Positions 8,979 through 19,551 of a stretch of 48,392 nt of DNA are shown here, in pieces (position 1 is the stretch's first letter; each line of letters opens with the position of its first letter). The translations under genes and the position numbers were made by a program. This DNA is from Alphaproteobacteria bacterium (lineage in GTDB: Bacteria > Pseudomonadota > Alphaproteobacteria > UBA9219 > RGZA01). Location: positions 1 to 48,392 of the forward strand of contig RGZA01000001.1 of NCBI GenBank assembly GCA_010031785.1, read 5' to 3'. The notes under the pieces are model-generated. The model searched no databases. It was not told the origin of the DNA and saw only the letters and a list, made by a program, of their open reading frames with translations.

Positions 8979-9586
8979 TACATACCGAACGGAAATTCCG
9001 CATTTTCAAGCCCAGCCGCACGGATGGATTTAAACGCTTCGGTATAAGCCAGTAGCCCGCGCAAACTGAATTCGATGCGGCGGCGAATATAGCCATCGGC
9101 TTTATCGGCCTCAGTTTCACCGTTCAGTACATTCATGCAGTTTTGCACAAGCACATGATCAGGCGTGTAGACGATGCGCGTATTCTTATAGCTGCTGATG
9201 CGCAGTTCATTGATGGGGTGGGAGCCACCATGCCCTGCTGATACGCTAATAATCATTGCAGGCTTATGGCCAACTTCCTTTGCGCTTGCATGAAGGAAAA
9301 GGTTTTTAAGGCCTGCAGGCACCATACCGCTCCATTCTGGAGAAATTACCACCAACCCATCAGCCTTTTGCAAACGCGCTGCAAGCGGTTGCCATACTTT
9401 TCCGGTCGCGCTGTCAGCTTTGCCTGCTTCGCCATCCCAAAGTGGCAGTGGATTGCCAGCAAGGTCAATAATATCGGTGGTAATTGCGGCATTGAGCCGT
9501 TTGATGTTCGAAGCAGCATAGGCCGCAATTTTGCTCGACTGGGAATTTTGGCGGTGCGAACCGCTGATTAAAACAATATGGCTCAT
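8978..9586 (-). CDS. NAD(P)H-dependent FMN reductase family oxidoreductase
   Basis: 202 aa. The flavodoxin-like N-terminus is MSHIVLISGSHRQNSQSSKIA, with an FMN_red-like layout. Confidence 0.7.
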   Translation of the reverse strand: MSHIVLISGSHRQNSQSSKIAAYAASNIKRLNAAITTDIIDLAGNPLPLWDGEAGKADSATGKVWQPLAARLQKADGLVVISPEWSGMVPAGLKNLFLHASAKEVGHKPAMIISVSAGHGGSHPINELRISSYKNTRIVYTPDHVLVQNCMNVLNGETEADKADGYIRRRIEFSLRGLLAYTEAFKSIRAAGLENAEFPFGM

Positions 9587-10134
9587 AGGACTTGTCTCAC
9601 TTCCACGACTTCAGGGATATAATGTTTAAGCATATTTTCAATGCCGGATTTTAATGTTGCGGTGGAGGAGGGGCAGCCCGCGCATGAACCTTTCAGGTTC
9701 AGATACACAACGCCTTCTTCAAAACGGTTAAAGGTAATATCGCCGCCATCTTGCGCAACCGCAGGGCGTACGCGCTGCTCGATCAATTCGCGGATTTGTT
9801 TGACAACATCGCTGTCATCATCGCTGCTGGCAACAGGCGTTGGCGCATTATCGGAAAGTGCGGGAAGGCCGGATAAAAAATGGTCCATAATCGCTGCCAA
9901 TACGTGTGGTTTGATAGTTGACCATTCCTTGTCGGCTGATTTGGTAACGGTGATAAAGTCTGATCCCAGAAACACGCCTGTTACGCCATCAACCGCAAAA
10001 AGCCCTTTGGCAATCGGCGATGCACCCGCCTTATCGGCGCTGGGAAAATCGGCAGTACCCGCAGCAAGCACAGCTTGCCCTGGCAAAAATTTCAGTGTAG
10101 CGGGATTGGGGGTCTGTTCGGTCTGGATGAACAT
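9583..10134 (-). CDS. NifU/Nfu-type Fe-S cluster assembly protein
   Basis: 183 aa. It has the Nfu_N start MFIQTEQTPNPATLKFLPG and a C-terminal NifU CxxC motif (GSCAGCPSS). Confidence 0.85.
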   Translation of the reverse strand: MFIQTEQTPNPATLKFLPGQAVLAAGTADFPSADKAGASPIAKGLFAVDGVTGVFLGSDFITVTKSADKEWSTIKPHVLAAIMDHFLSGLPALSDNAPTPVASSDDDSDVVKQIRELIEQRVRPAVAQDGGDITFNRFEEGVVYLNLKGSCAGCPSSTATLKSGIENMLKHYIPEVVEVRQVL

Positions 10135-10187
10135 CGATAGCTCCTAAGAATATGATATTGTTAAACTGGTACTAACTTATGGTTTCG

Positions 10188-11321
10188 TCAAGGTGTAGTC
10201 ACATGACCATTATTGATATGCAAAAACTGGGCTTTTTGTTTAAAGGCAGTAAAGAAACTGTCATCTGTACCGCTAAGCCAAGCTTGCCCGCCTAGCGCAA
10301 GCAGTTGCTGCGCCAGCGCATCGCGGCGCATTTCATCAAGATGTGCAGTGATATCATCAAGCAGGATCAGGGGCGTTGATTGGTGAATGGCACGCAGCAA
10401 TCGTGCTTGCGCTAACACAAGGCTGATGAGTAGTGCTTTTTGCTCACCCGTTGAGCATAAATGCGCGGGCATATTTTTGCTAACATGATGCACTTCAAGA
10501 TCGCTGCGATGCGTGCCGGTGGTGGTAATACCGCTCGCGGCATCCTGCGCACGATTTTGCTTGAGCATGGTTTTAAATAGGCTTTCTGCATCCAGTGCGG
10601 CATGGCTTTCAAGGTATTTTTCCAAAAAGCCATTCATCGCCACTTGCACCGCCGGGAAAGGCGAAGGATCATCCGCAAGATGCGTGCGGATATGATGCAT
10701 CCATTCATTTCGTGCAGCAGCAATCGCAATACCATCCTGCGCCATGCTTGCTTCAAGTGCATTGAGCCATGCATCATCTGTCGTGCCATCGCGCAGCAGG
10801 CGCGCACGTGAACGCATTGCTTCCTCATAACGGTTGATGCGTGTGCCATGGCTGGAATCCAATGCAAAGGCGAGGCGATCGGCAAAACGTCGGCGTTCCC
10901 CCGCACTTTCAGCGAGCAACCGGTCCATATCGGGCGTCAGCCAGATGACATTCACATGCTCGGCCAGCGCCGTTTGTCCTTTGATTGTTTTGCCATCAAT
11001 GCGCAGTAGGCGGCGTTCTTTATCGGGCGTACTTTCCGGATCACGGCCCATGCCAATATTCACATCGCCCTGTTTGCCCACCGCTTCAAAAAAAGCCGAC
11101 CATGGTTTTTCAGGCGGAATATGCGTGTTGTGCAGCTCTGCAATCGCCGCACGGCGCAAGCCACGCCCGGGGCTTAACAAGCTCACGGCTTCCAGAATAT
11201 TAGTTTTACCTGCGCCATTTTCGCCCACCAGAATAACCGGCGTGCTATTCAATGCGAGATTGAGCGTATCGTAATTACGGAATGCTTCAAGATGGAGGCG
11301 GTGGATTACCTGCGCGGTCAT
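10188..11321 (-). CDS. recF: DNA replication and repair protein RecF
   Basis: 377 aa with a Walker A motif (GENGAGKTNILEA) and an SMC-like signature (LCSTGEQKALL...LLDDITAHLD). It lies in the dnaA-dnaN-recF order. Confidence 0.95.
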   Translation of the reverse strand: MTAQVIHRLHLEAFRNYDTLNLALNSTPVILVGENGAGKTNILEAVSLLSPGRGLRRAAIAELHNTHIPPEKPWSAFFEAVGKQGDVNIGMGRDPESTPDKERRLLRIDGKTIKGQTALAEHVNVIWLTPDMDRLLAESAGERRRFADRLAFALDSSHGTRINRYEEAMRSRARLLRDGTTDDAWLNALEASMAQDGIAIAAARNEWMHHIRTHLADDPSPFPAVQVAMNGFLEKYLESHAALDAESLFKTMLKQNRAQDAASGITTTGTHRSDLEVHHVSKNMPAHLCSTGEQKALLISLVLAQARLLRAIHQSTPLILLDDITAHLDEMRRDALAQQLLALGGQAWLSGTDDSFFTAFKQKAQFLHINNGHVTTP

Positions 11322-11340
11322 GGCGTGTTAAACACGCCCA

Positions 11341-12462
11341 TTAGACCCTCATCGGCATCAGCACATAGAGCGCGCTGGCATCCGATACATCCTGAACGAT
11401 GGTAGGCGATGCTGCATCGGCCATGCTGAAGCGTGCGCCGTCACCCTCGACTTGTGATAAAATATCAAGCAAGTAGCGGGCGTTAAAGCCAATCTCAATC
11501 GCCTCGCCTTTGTAGGATACTTCCAGCTCTTCAATCGCGCTGCCAGCTTCAGGGCTGCTTGCGGAAAGGGTGAGCAGGTTTTTGCTTAAGGCAATTTTGA
11601 TTGCGCGCGATTTTTCCGATGAAATGGTCGCAACGCGATCCACTGCATTGGCCAGCGTCTTGGCATGCACTTCAAGGATCTTGTCATTACCCGTTGGAAT
11701 AACACGTTCGTAATCAGGGAAAGTGCCATCAATCAGTTTGGATGTCATGACGACATTATCAAAGCTGATCCGTGCCTTGCTGGCCGATAGGGCAATCGTG
11801 ATATCGGCTGTGGTTTCATCAAGCAATTTGCGGATTTCTGCAACGGCTTTGCGTGGAATAATCACGCCACTCATTGCGCCTGCTTCGCGCGGGGCTGGCA
11901 TTTCAAGGCGTGCAAGACGGTGACCATCGGTTGCAACAGCGCGCAACACAGCAAGATCGCCCTTGGTCTTGGTCGTGTGAATATAAATACCGTTAAGGTA
12001 ATAACGGGTTTCTTCAACTGACATGGCAAAGCGTGTGCGATCGATCAGCGTTTTGAAATCTGCTGAGGAAAGCGTGAAGCTGTGCTGCATATCGCCTTCC
12101 GACATGGTTGGGAAATCATCAACCGGCAAGCAGCCGAGTTTAAAGTTGGAGCGGCCAGAGCTTAGCGACATTTGGTTGCCAGTGTCGGTAGCAGAAAGTT
12201 CAACCTGCGCGCCTTCAGGAAGCTTGCGCACGATATCATAAAGGGTGTGCGCGGGTGCAGTTTTGGCGCCGGGCTTGCTTACTTGCGCTGCGACTTTTTC
12301 GGTCATTTCAAGATCCATGTCGGTTGCAACAAACGACACGCCGTCTTTATCCGCGCGGATCAGAACATTGGCAAGAATAGGGATGGTATTACGCCGCTCC
12401 ACTACGCTTTGCACATGGCCCAGCGTTTTAAGAAGAACATTACGTTCCAGAACAACCTTCAT
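11341..12462 (-). CDS. dnaN: DNA polymerase III beta sliding clamp
   Basis: 373 aa with a typical N-terminus (MKVVLERNVLLKTLGHVQSVVERRNTIPILANVLI) and a typical C-terminus (LMPMRV). Confidence 0.95.
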   Translation of the reverse strand: MKVVLERNVLLKTLGHVQSVVERRNTIPILANVLIRADKDGVSFVATDMDLEMTEKVAAQVSKPGAKTAPAHTLYDIVRKLPEGAQVELSATDTGNQMSLSSGRSNFKLGCLPVDDFPTMSEGDMQHSFTLSSADFKTLIDRTRFAMSVEETRYYLNGIYIHTTKTKGDLAVLRAVATDGHRLARLEMPAPREAGAMSGVIIPRKAVAEIRKLLDETTADITIALSASKARISFDNVVMTSKLIDGTFPDYERVIPTGNDKILEVHAKTLANAVDRVATISSEKSRAIKIALSKNLLTLSASSPEAGSAIEELEVSYKGEAIEIGFNARYLLDILSQVEGDGARFSMADAASPTIVQDVSDASALYVLMPMRV

Positions 12463-12584
12463 GAGAAAACCGTAAAATTAAGGGGGACTGATTAGAAGAG
12501 AGGCAAAAAAAGACTTCTCTTTCGTAACAAGACTTTAGCGGGTTGGCAAGTGCTTCGGTTAAGCATTCTGCTTATTGTTGAAGC

Positions 12585-14015
12585 CTATTGCTGCAACAAG
12601 CGCTTTAGCAATTCCACATCTTCGGAAAGGGTGGCATCGCCGCCGCGCAGTTCCTCGATTTTACGCACCGCATGGATCACTGTCGTGTGGTCGCGGCCGC
12701 CAAATTTACGGCCAATTTCAGGAAGGGAGCGGGTAGTGAGCTGCTTGGCCAGATACATCGCCACCTGGCGTGGGCGCGCAACCGCACGGGCACGGCGCGG
12801 GGAGTGCATGTCGGCCAGCTTCACATTGTAATGTTCAGCAACTTTCTTTTGAATTTCTTCAATGGTCACGCGGCGGCTTGTGGCACGCAGTAAATCCTGC
12901 AGCAATTCCTGCGTGGTTTCCAGGGTGATGGGGCGGCCAATCAATTGGGAGTGGGCGATGATGCGGTTGAGGGCACCTTCAAGCTCACGCACGTTTGAAG
13001 TGATGCGATGGCCCAAAAATTCCAGAACTTTTTCAGGAACAGCGCATTTCATCGCTTCGGCCTTGGTATGCAAAATGCCAAGACGCAATTCATAGCTGGT
13101 GGGGTGAAGATCGGCGCACAGACCCCAGCCAAGGCGAGAGCGCAAACGTTCCTCGATCTTTTCCAGATCATGCGGGGATTTATCAGCCGATACAATCACC
13201 TGACGGTTTTGATCAACCAGCGTATTAAACGTATGGAAGAATTCTTCCTGCGTTGAATCCTTGCCGCTGATGAATTGAATATCATCAATCATCAACACAT
13301 CTATGGAGCGGAATTGTTCCTTAAACGCCATCGTATCTTTAAAGCGCAGCGCACGCACAAACTGATACATGAATTTTTCAGCCGATAGATACATGACACG
13401 GCGTGCAGGATTGCTCTTGCGGATATGCCATGCAATAGCATGCATCAAGTGGGTTTTACCAAGGCCCACGCCGCCATAAAGGAAAAGCGGGTTGAAGCTG
13501 ACCTGGCTTGCTTCCGCAACGCGGCGGGCTGCAGCATAAGCAAGCTCATTGGGTTTTCCAACCACAAAACTTTCAAACGTAAAACGTGGATCAAGCGGTG
13601 ATGAAATATCATCACGATCATTGTTCATCGAAGCCAGGCCAATGCGCGAACCTTTATCATCGGATGATGTGCGCACTGAGTGGGAAGTGTGGGGCTGAAC
13701 GATCGGAGAAGAAACCTGACGCGCAGGCTCAGAAGAAGTGAGCGCGCTTTCAACGGTGAGCTGGATGTCTTTTACGTTTTGATCGATTTCCTGAAACAGC
13801 GTTTTAAGCTTATCCGTATAATGGGTATCAACCCAGTCTTTCATAAAGCGTGTGGGAAGGGCAAGGAGCACATCTACGCCCCATTGCTTGCAAATAAGGG
13901 GTTCCAACCAGCGTTTAAAGATCGTTTCGCCGAATTGTTCGCGGATTTTTCCTTTTACCGCATCCCATGCGGGCGCGGCAGAAACAGAGCTTGGTGATAC
14001 AAAAGATGAAGACAT
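12585..14015 (-). CDS. dnaA: chromosomal replication initiator protein DnaA
   Basis: 476 aa with an AAA+ Walker A motif ([13 protein letters not shown]) and the domain IV motif ([34 protein letters not shown]). Confidence 0.97.
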   Translation of the reverse strand: MSSSFVSPSSVSAAPAWDAVKGKIREQFGETIFKRWLEPLICKQWGVDVLLALPTRFMKDWVDTHYTDKLKTLFQEIDQNVKDIQLTVESALTSSEPARQVSSPIVQPHTSHSVRTSSDDKGSRIGLASMNNDRDDISSPLDPRFTFESFVVGKPNELAYAAARRVAEASQVSFNPLFLYGGVGLGKTHLMHAIAWHIRKSNPARRVMYLSAEKFMYQFVRALRFKDTMAFKEQFRSIDVLMIDDIQFISGKDSTQEEFFHTFNTLVDQNRQVIVSADKSPHDLEKIEERLRSRLGWGLCADLHPTSYELRLGILHTKAEAMKCAVPEKVLEFLGHRITSNVRELEGALNRIIAHSQLIGRPITLETTQELLQDLLRATSRRVTIEEIQKKVAEHYNVKLADMHSPRRARAVARPRQVAMYLAKQLTTRSLPEIGRKFGGRDHTTVIHAVRKIEELRGGDATLSEDVELLKRLLQQ

Positions 14016-14523
14016 ATTTTTTTATTCTTTCAACCAAAAGCAAATAAAGACTAGACCCAAAAATGGGTACAAGGCGAGCGTTATTATATTAACGTCTTTT
14101 TTTAAGAAGATGGAGTGTGTGACAGGCAGGCTGATGCACGGTTCTGTTCAGCGGGTCTCTTCTTGCAGGAAGATGACGAATGGGTAAGCTGAACATTTTG
14201 CATCATGGTGACCTCATCATAGAATAAAACGAAAGCTTACAATTCTACGGCATAACCTTGATAAAAGGTATCACCATGTGGGATCCTTCATGGGAAGGCC
14301 CGAAGAGAACAAATTGTAAAAACGTTTTAAAAGGTTGGTTTGATAAACATAGCGAAACACAATTTGCGAGGCGGCGGCGAAATGAAAAACAAGAGATGTT
14401 TTTTAAAAACCATTCTCACTTTTTTATAACTTAAAAAAACAATCTGCGTTTGGAAAAAACCACATTGGAAAAACCAACGGATGCACAATTATTTTTTATC
14501 GTCAATTTGCGGAAAATAATCAT

Positions 14524-14558
14524 AAAAAAACACCGCTGAAAATGTAGCGGTGTTTTTT
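14524..14558 (-). terminator. rho-independent terminator downstream of rpsT (bidirectional hairpin)
   Basis: ACACCGCT (14530-14537) pairs with AGCGGTGT (14546-14553) around an 8-nt loop. It is flanked by an A7 run on one side and a T6 run on the other, and lies 27 nt past the rpsT stop. Confidence 0.8.
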
Positions 14559-14584
14559 AGATTTTTATAGAACGCTATAAGTGC

Positions 14585-14854
14585 TTATGCTTGCTTCAGT
14601 TTTTTGATGCGTGCTGAAAGACGTGACATCTTACGTGCTGCACGTTTTTTTGGCAGCATGCCTTTGCTTGCTGCGCGCGCAATCTCTGGTTGTGCTGCGC
14701 GTAAGGCTGCAGTTGCTGCGGCGTAATCTTTTTTCGTTACCGCTTCTTCTACTTTACGGGTAGCGGTGTGAACGCGTGACTTGCGTGCGCGGTTTTTTGC
14801 TTGGAGCTTCACGGATTGGCGTGCGCGTTTTTCAGCAGATTTATGGGTGGCCAT
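14585..14854 (-). CDS. rpsT: 30S ribosomal protein S20
   Basis: 89 aa and highly basic. The start MATHKSAEKRARQS is typical of S20. Confidence 0.95.
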   Translation of the reverse strand: MATHKSAEKRARQSVKLQAKNRARKSRVHTATRKVEEAVTKKDYAAATAALRAAQPEIARAASKGMLPKKRAARKMSRLSARIKKLKQA

Positions 14855-15052
14855 GTTTTACTCTTTCATACAGTGTAGTATTGTAGGTCTTAGATCGTTC
14901 AAGATCGTTTTGTATAAAGTGACGCAAAGGGGGCGTCAACAGCAATATACCTAGGGAATGAAAGTATTTTTGATAAGTTTGGCTTGGCGGGCGGCATCTG
15001 AAATGCTACAACCAGTTTTATTAGACTTCCTTCCTATTATATAGATGGTTCC

Positions 15053-15985
15053 ATGAAGCTGATTGCAGGTAATAGTAACCGTGTTTTAGCAGAGGCAATT
15101 GCCAGCCACATGGGCATGGCCCTGACTAAGGCGGTCGTCCGTCGCTTTGCCGATATGGAAGTCTTTGTTGAAATTCTGGAAAATGTGCGCGGGGAGGATG
15201 TGTTTGTCATCCAGCCCACCTCGTTTCCAACCAACGATAACCTCATGGAATTATTGATTACCATGGATGCGCTCAAGCGCGGCTCGGCGCGACGCATCAC
15301 AGCGGTGGTTCCTTATTATGGTTATGCGCGCCAAGATCGTAAATCGGGCCCACGCACCCCGATCACGGCCAAGCTTGTTGCCAATCTTTTGACCGTTGCT
15401 GGCGCCGATCGCATGTTAACGATGGATCTGCATGCCGGGCAAATTCAGGGCTTTTTTGATATCCCGCTTGATAATCTTCATGCATCGCCTGTATTCATCA
15501 AACACATTAATCTTACGATGAAAGATCAGGATATTGTTGTGGTATCGCCCGATGTGGGTGGGGTGATGCGCGCGCGTTCACTTGCGCGGCGGATTGATGC
15601 TGGCCTTGCGATTATTGATAAACGCCGCGAGCAAGCAGGCGTTTCTGAAGTCATGAACATTATCGGTGAAGTAAAAGGCAAGGCATGCATTCTAGTCGAT
15701 GATATTGCCGATAGTGCTGGAACCTTGTGTAATGCTGCCGTTGCCCTGATGGGCGCGGGGGCAAAATCGGTAAAAGCCTATATAACTCATGGGGTTCTGT
15801 CAGGAGAGGCCGTGGAGCGCGTTAATAAATCTCCGCTGGAAAAACTTATTATTACTGATAGTATCTTGGCCATTCCGCAGGTTAAGGCGTGCGGAAAAAT
15901 TGAACAACTGAGCGTTGCTCCACTACTTGCTGAGGCGATTTTACGCATCAGCGAAGAGCGTTCCGTTTCCACGTTGTTCGAATAA
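15053..15985 (+). CDS. prs: ribose-phosphate pyrophosphokinase
   Basis: 310 aa with [27 protein letters not shown], and the PRPP-binding loop [12 protein letters not shown]. Confidence 0.95.
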   Translation: MKLIAGNSNRVLAEAIASHMGMALTKAVVRRFADMEVFVEILENVRGEDVFVIQPTSFPTNDNLMELLITMDALKRGSARRITAVVPYYGYARQDRKSGPRTPITAKLVANLLTVAGADRMLTMDLHAGQIQGFFDIPLDNLHASPVFIKHINLTMKDQDIVVVSPDVGGVMRARSLARRIDAGLAIIDKRREQAGVSEVMNIIGEVKGKACILVDDIADSAGTLCNAAVALMGAGAKSVKAYITHGVLSGEAVERVNKSPLEKLIITDSILAIPQVKACGKIEQLSVAPLLAEAILRISEERSVSTLFE

Positions 15986-16079
15986 TAAATCGGCATAGCA
16001 GTGTTGTTGTGTTGGTGCGATACGTGCACCCCTGGAGGTACGGTCGCAAAAGTAATGCGTTTTTGTTATGGAGAGTAAA

Positions 16080-16802
16080 ATGTCAACGCAAGTTCAAAAA
16101 GTAAGTGCAGAACTCCGCGAACGGGCCGGTAAGGGGAATGCTCGCGCGGTACGTTCTGAAGGTCGCATTCCTGCCGTTGTGTATGGTGGCAAAGAAGCGC
16201 CTGTTATGGTTTCCCTTGAAGAAAGAACCTTTGTTCCAATCAGCCAGAAGTCTGGGTTCTTTACCCATTTGATGGATATTGAAGCAGGGGGTAAAACATT
16301 GCGCGTTATTCCACGCGATGTGCAGTTTGATCCAATCACGGATCGCGTTGTGCATGTGGATTTCCTGCGCGTTACATCGGGTACGCAAGTGCGCGTGTTT
16401 GTTCCAGTTGTATTTATCAATCAGGATAAGTCACCGGGCCTTAAGCGCGGTGGTGCATTGAACATCGTGCAACATCAAATCCAATTGAGCTGTTCACCCG
16501 AACGCATTCCTGAAAAGATCACGGTTGATCTTGAAGGCAAGAACATCGGCGATACCATCCATTTAGAAGACATTGCGCTTCCAGAAAATGTAACGCCTAT
16601 TCTTGGTAACAAAGATACAACCATCGCTTCGGTTGCTGCACCAACAGTTGTTAAGGAAGAAACAGTGGTTGCTGCTGCAGCAGAAGCTGCTCCTGCGGCT
16701 GGCGCTGCTGCTCCTGCGGCTGGTGCAAAACCTGGTGCTGCTCCTGCAGCTGCGGCGGCTAAACCCGGCGCTGCTCCTGCGAAAGCTCCGGCGAAGAAGT
16801 AA
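16080..16802 (+). CDS. rplY: 50S ribosomal protein L25/Ctc with an Ala/Pro/Lys-rich C-terminal tail
   Basis: L25 core RAVRSEGRIPAVVYGG...HVDFLRV. I place the start at the ATG at 16080, preceded by GGAGAG; the track ORF starts 12 nt earlier. It precedes pth, as is usual. Confidence 0.9.
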   Translation: MSTQVQKVSAELRERAGKGNARAVRSEGRIPAVVYGGKEAPVMVSLEERTFVPISQKSGFFTHLMDIEAGGKTLRVIPRDVQFDPITDRVVHVDFLRVTSGTQVRVFVPVVFINQDKSPGLKRGGALNIVQHQIQLSCSPERIPEKITVDLEGKNIGDTIHLEDIALPENVTPILGNKDTTIASVAAPTVVKEETVVAAAAEAAPAAGAAAPAAGAKPGAAPAAAAAKPGAAPAKAPAKK

Positions 16803-16808
16803 CCCCTC

Positions 16809-17390
16809 ATGTGGCTTGTGGTTGGGCTGGGTAATCCCGGTTCGAAATACCAGAATAATCGTCACAATATCGGCTTCATGGCGGTGGATGAGATCCACCG
16901 CCATTTTGCTTTTTCAGTGTGGAAGAAAAAATTTCAGGCTGAATTATGTGAAGGTACGGTTACTGGCGTTGAAGAAAAAATCATTCTGCTAAAACCGCAA
17001 ACTTATATGAACCTGTCCGGTGATAGCGTTCAGGCTGCGGCACAATTTTATAAAATTCCCTTATCAAACATCGTTGTCTTTCATGACGAATTGGATGTTG
17101 CACCCGGCAAAGTAAAAATAAAGCAGGGTGGGGGCGCTGGCGGCCATAACGGCATTAAATCGATTGATGAGCATATGGGGCCAACTTACTGGCGCGTACG
17201 CCTTGGGATAGGACATCCTGATCCGCGTGCGCCGGATAAATCAGAAATTGTTTCCAATTACGTGTTGTCCGATTTTGCCAAGGCGGAACATACATGGCGC
17301 AATACCTTGCTTGAGCAAACAGCCAAGTATCTTGCGCTGTTGTTAAAGGGCCGGACAAGCGACTATATCAACATGGTCGTGAGTGATTAA
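16809..17390 (+). CDS. pth: peptidyl-tRNA hydrolase
   Basis: 193 aa. The N-terminus, MWLVVGLGNPGSKYQNNRHNIGF, is the Pth signature. Confidence 0.95.
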   Translation: MWLVVGLGNPGSKYQNNRHNIGFMAVDEIHRHFAFSVWKKKFQAELCEGTVTGVEEKIILLKPQTYMNLSGDSVQAAAQFYKIPLSNIVVFHDELDVAPGKVKIKQGGGAGGHNGIKSIDEHMGPTYWRVRLGIGHPDPRAPDKSEIVSNYVLSDFAKAEHTWRNTLLEQTAKYLALLLKGRTSDYINMVVSD

Positions 17391-17469
17391 GCTGCCTCTT
17401 GTGCTGCGCTGTGTAACTATCTAACGTGGCGGCGTTTTTACTGTTTACTTCATATATAAAGAGAACATC

Positions 17470-18576
17470 ATGGGTTTTAATTGTGGAATTGTTGGATTGC
17501 CAAATGTTGGTAAGTCCACGTTGTTTAATGCACTCACCAGCACACAGGCGGCTCAAGCCGCAAACTACCCATTTTGTACAATCGAACCCAATACGGGCCG
17601 CGTAGCGGTTCCAGATGATCGCATGGAAACGCTTGCGAAAATAGCCAACTCAATAAAAGTGGTCCCAACCCAATTAGAGTTTGTGGATATTGCAGGATTG
17701 GTGCGCGGTGCCAGCAAAGGTGAGGGGCTTGGCAATCAGTTTCTTGGAACCATCCGCGAAGTGGATGCCATTATTCACGTATTGCGCTGTTTTGAAGATG
17801 GTGACATCACGCATGTTGAGGGCTCTGTTGATCCAATCCGCGATGCAGAAACGGTTGATACCGAATTGATGATATCAGATATGGATAATCTAGAAAAACG
17901 CCTCAATGCCATTTCCAAAAAGGCAAAATCCGGCGATATGGAAGCCAAGACGCAAATGGAAGTGATGGAGGCCGCACTGAAATTGCTTCAGGCTGGCAAG
18001 CCTGCCCGCGAGATGCTCGGCACACTTACCGCCGCACAAGACCCGCATTTTCGCAATCTGCAACTGATTACTGCCAAGCCTGTATTATATGTCTGCAATG
18101 TAGAAGAAAGCGCTGCTGCCAATGGCAATGCGCATTCCGCCAAAGTATTTGAGCGCGCGCGGTCCGAAAAAACCCAGGCGGTGGTAATCTCGGCTGCGAT
18201 TGAAGCAGAGGTTTCACAACTCAGCTCGGCAGAGGAACAAAAAGAATATCTGGAAAGCATGGGATTGACGGAGCCGGGCTTAAACCGGATTATCCGTGCC
18301 GGTTATGCGCTGCTTAATCTTATTACGTTTTTTACAGTCGGGCCAAAAGAAACCCACGCATGGACGCTTCGGCGCCATTGCAAAGCCCCGCAGGCGGCAG
18401 GGGTTATTCATACCGATTTCGAAAAAGGCTTCATCAAGGCTGAAGTGATTGATTGTGACAGTTTTATAAAGTTAGGCGGGGAGGCTGCCTGCCGTGATGC
18501 TGGGAAGCTACGCATGGAAGGCAAGGATTACGTTATGAATGACGGTGATATCTGCCATTTCCGCTTTAACGTATAG
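17470..18576 (+). CDS. ychF: ribosome-binding ATPase YchF
   Basis: 368 aa with the G1 motif GIVGLPNVGKSTLFNA and the C-terminal TGS/YchF end (HTDFEKGFIKAEV...). Confidence 0.95.
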   Translation: MGFNCGIVGLPNVGKSTLFNALTSTQAAQAANYPFCTIEPNTGRVAVPDDRMETLAKIANSIKVVPTQLEFVDIAGLVRGASKGEGLGNQFLGTIREVDAIIHVLRCFEDGDITHVEGSVDPIRDAETVDTELMISDMDNLEKRLNAISKKAKSGDMEAKTQMEVMEAALKLLQAGKPAREMLGTLTAAQDPHFRNLQLITAKPVLYVCNVEESAAANGNAHSAKVFERARSEKTQAVVISAAIEAEVSQLSSAEEQKEYLESMGLTEPGLNRIIRAGYALLNLITFFTVGPKETHAWTLRRHCKAPQAAGVIHTDFEKGFIKAEVIDCDSFIKLGGEAACRDAGKLRMEGKDYVMNDGDICHFRFNV

Positions 18577-18730
18577 AAACTTTATTCCATAGCGTCTTAA
18601 TCTTGCCCCGTTCCAAACGCAATTTTTTGGTAAGGTAGCCTAGTCAAAGAGGTTTTGCCGTGCTATTCAAACTGCGCCTTCATCATTATGATTCACGTGC
18701 CGTGATTCAAGATTACCATTCAGGAGTTTG

Positions 18731-19384
18731 ATGACCATGCTTTTTCCAAAGTCATTTATGCGCTGCGCCTTGTTTTTGGTTTTGTCTGCCGGACTTATTC
18801 TCGCGGGATCAAATGGTGCCCGTGCTGGCAATACCGAAGATGCGCAGAAATTTATTCAAGGTCTTGGTGACAAGGCGATTTCCATTTTGTCGGATAAGTC
18901 CGTGACATCTGAAGCTGCCGCAAAAACATTCCATGATATGCTGGTCGATGGGTTTGACATTGATTTGCTCGGCAAATTTGCACTTGGTCCAACTAGCTGG
19001 AAAGCTGCAACGCCTGAACAACGCCAAAAATATATGCAGCTCTTTGAAAAACTGGTAGTACAAATCTATTCTGACCGTTTCAGCCTCTATCATGGTGAAA
19101 CATGGAAGGTTGTTGGCGCAAAAGCAGAAGATGAGCGCGATACCTATGTAACCGGCACTATTATCAAGCCAAATCCAAGTGCGCAGCCGGTACAGGTTGA
19201 TTGGCGCGTTCGCAACAAGGGCGGTAAGCAGGTTGTAATTGACGTGATTGTTGAAGGTGTAAGCATGACCGTGACACAGCGCTCTGAATTTGCATCCGTA
19301 CTGCAACGAAGTGGCGGGGACTTTAATGCATTCCTGCAAACACTGGGCGAGCGCACCGCAGTTCCACCCCCTGAACCAAAATAA
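18731..19384 (+). CDS. MlaC/Ttg2D-family periplasmic phospholipid-binding protein
   Basis: A signal peptide is followed by a Ttg2D-like pattern (DIDLLGKFALGPTSWKAAT..., VVIDVIVEGVSMTVTQRSEF). An AGGAG motif lies upstream. The start could instead be 18728 or 18737. Confidence 0.75.
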   Translation: MTMLFPKSFMRCALFLVLSAGLILAGSNGARAGNTEDAQKFIQGLGDKAISILSDKSVTSEAAAKTFHDMLVDGFDIDLLGKFALGPTSWKAATPEQRQKYMQLFEKLVVQIYSDRFSLYHGETWKVVGAKAEDERDTYVTGTIIKPNPSAQPVQVDWRVRNKGGKQVVIDVIVEGVSMTVTQRSEFASVLQRSGGDFNAFLQTLGERTAVPPPEPK

Positions 19385-19406
19385 GAAAACCAATTAGCAA
19401 ATATCC

Positions 19407-19444
19407 AAAGACCGCCTTGCATAAAAAACAGGCGGTCTTTTTTT
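19407..19444 (+). terminator. rho-independent terminator
   Basis: AAAGACCGCC (19407-19416) pairs with GGCGGTCTTT (19431-19440) and is followed by a T run. It lies 23 nt after the MlaC-like stop. Confidence 0.85.
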
Positions 19445-19551
19445 ATGCGTGCATTCATTTCGTATTTGACATATATCAAAAATCCTTGTTACTCTAAATG
19501 CGGGTCACATTCCCCCAACGGAATGCTTCTATTCTGGAAGGAATAGCTACA

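Noticed and set aside
14016-14584. Annotating oriC or DnaA boxes upstream of dnaA
   Set aside because: There is no 8/9 or 9/9 match to TTATCCACA/TGTGGATAA on either strand. The closest is TGTGGGATC at about 14277. I report it only as a question, not as a feature.
16475-16992. Three ORFs of 111-129 aa overlapping the rplY tail and the pth start
   Set aside because: They are alternative-frame readings of the GCN-rich repeat that encodes the L25 Ala/Pro tail, so they are composition artefacts.
18809-19393. 194-aa minus-strand ORF
   Set aside because: It is antisense to the MlaC-like gene, which has a signal peptide and family motifs. The minus-strand ORF has no supporting features.
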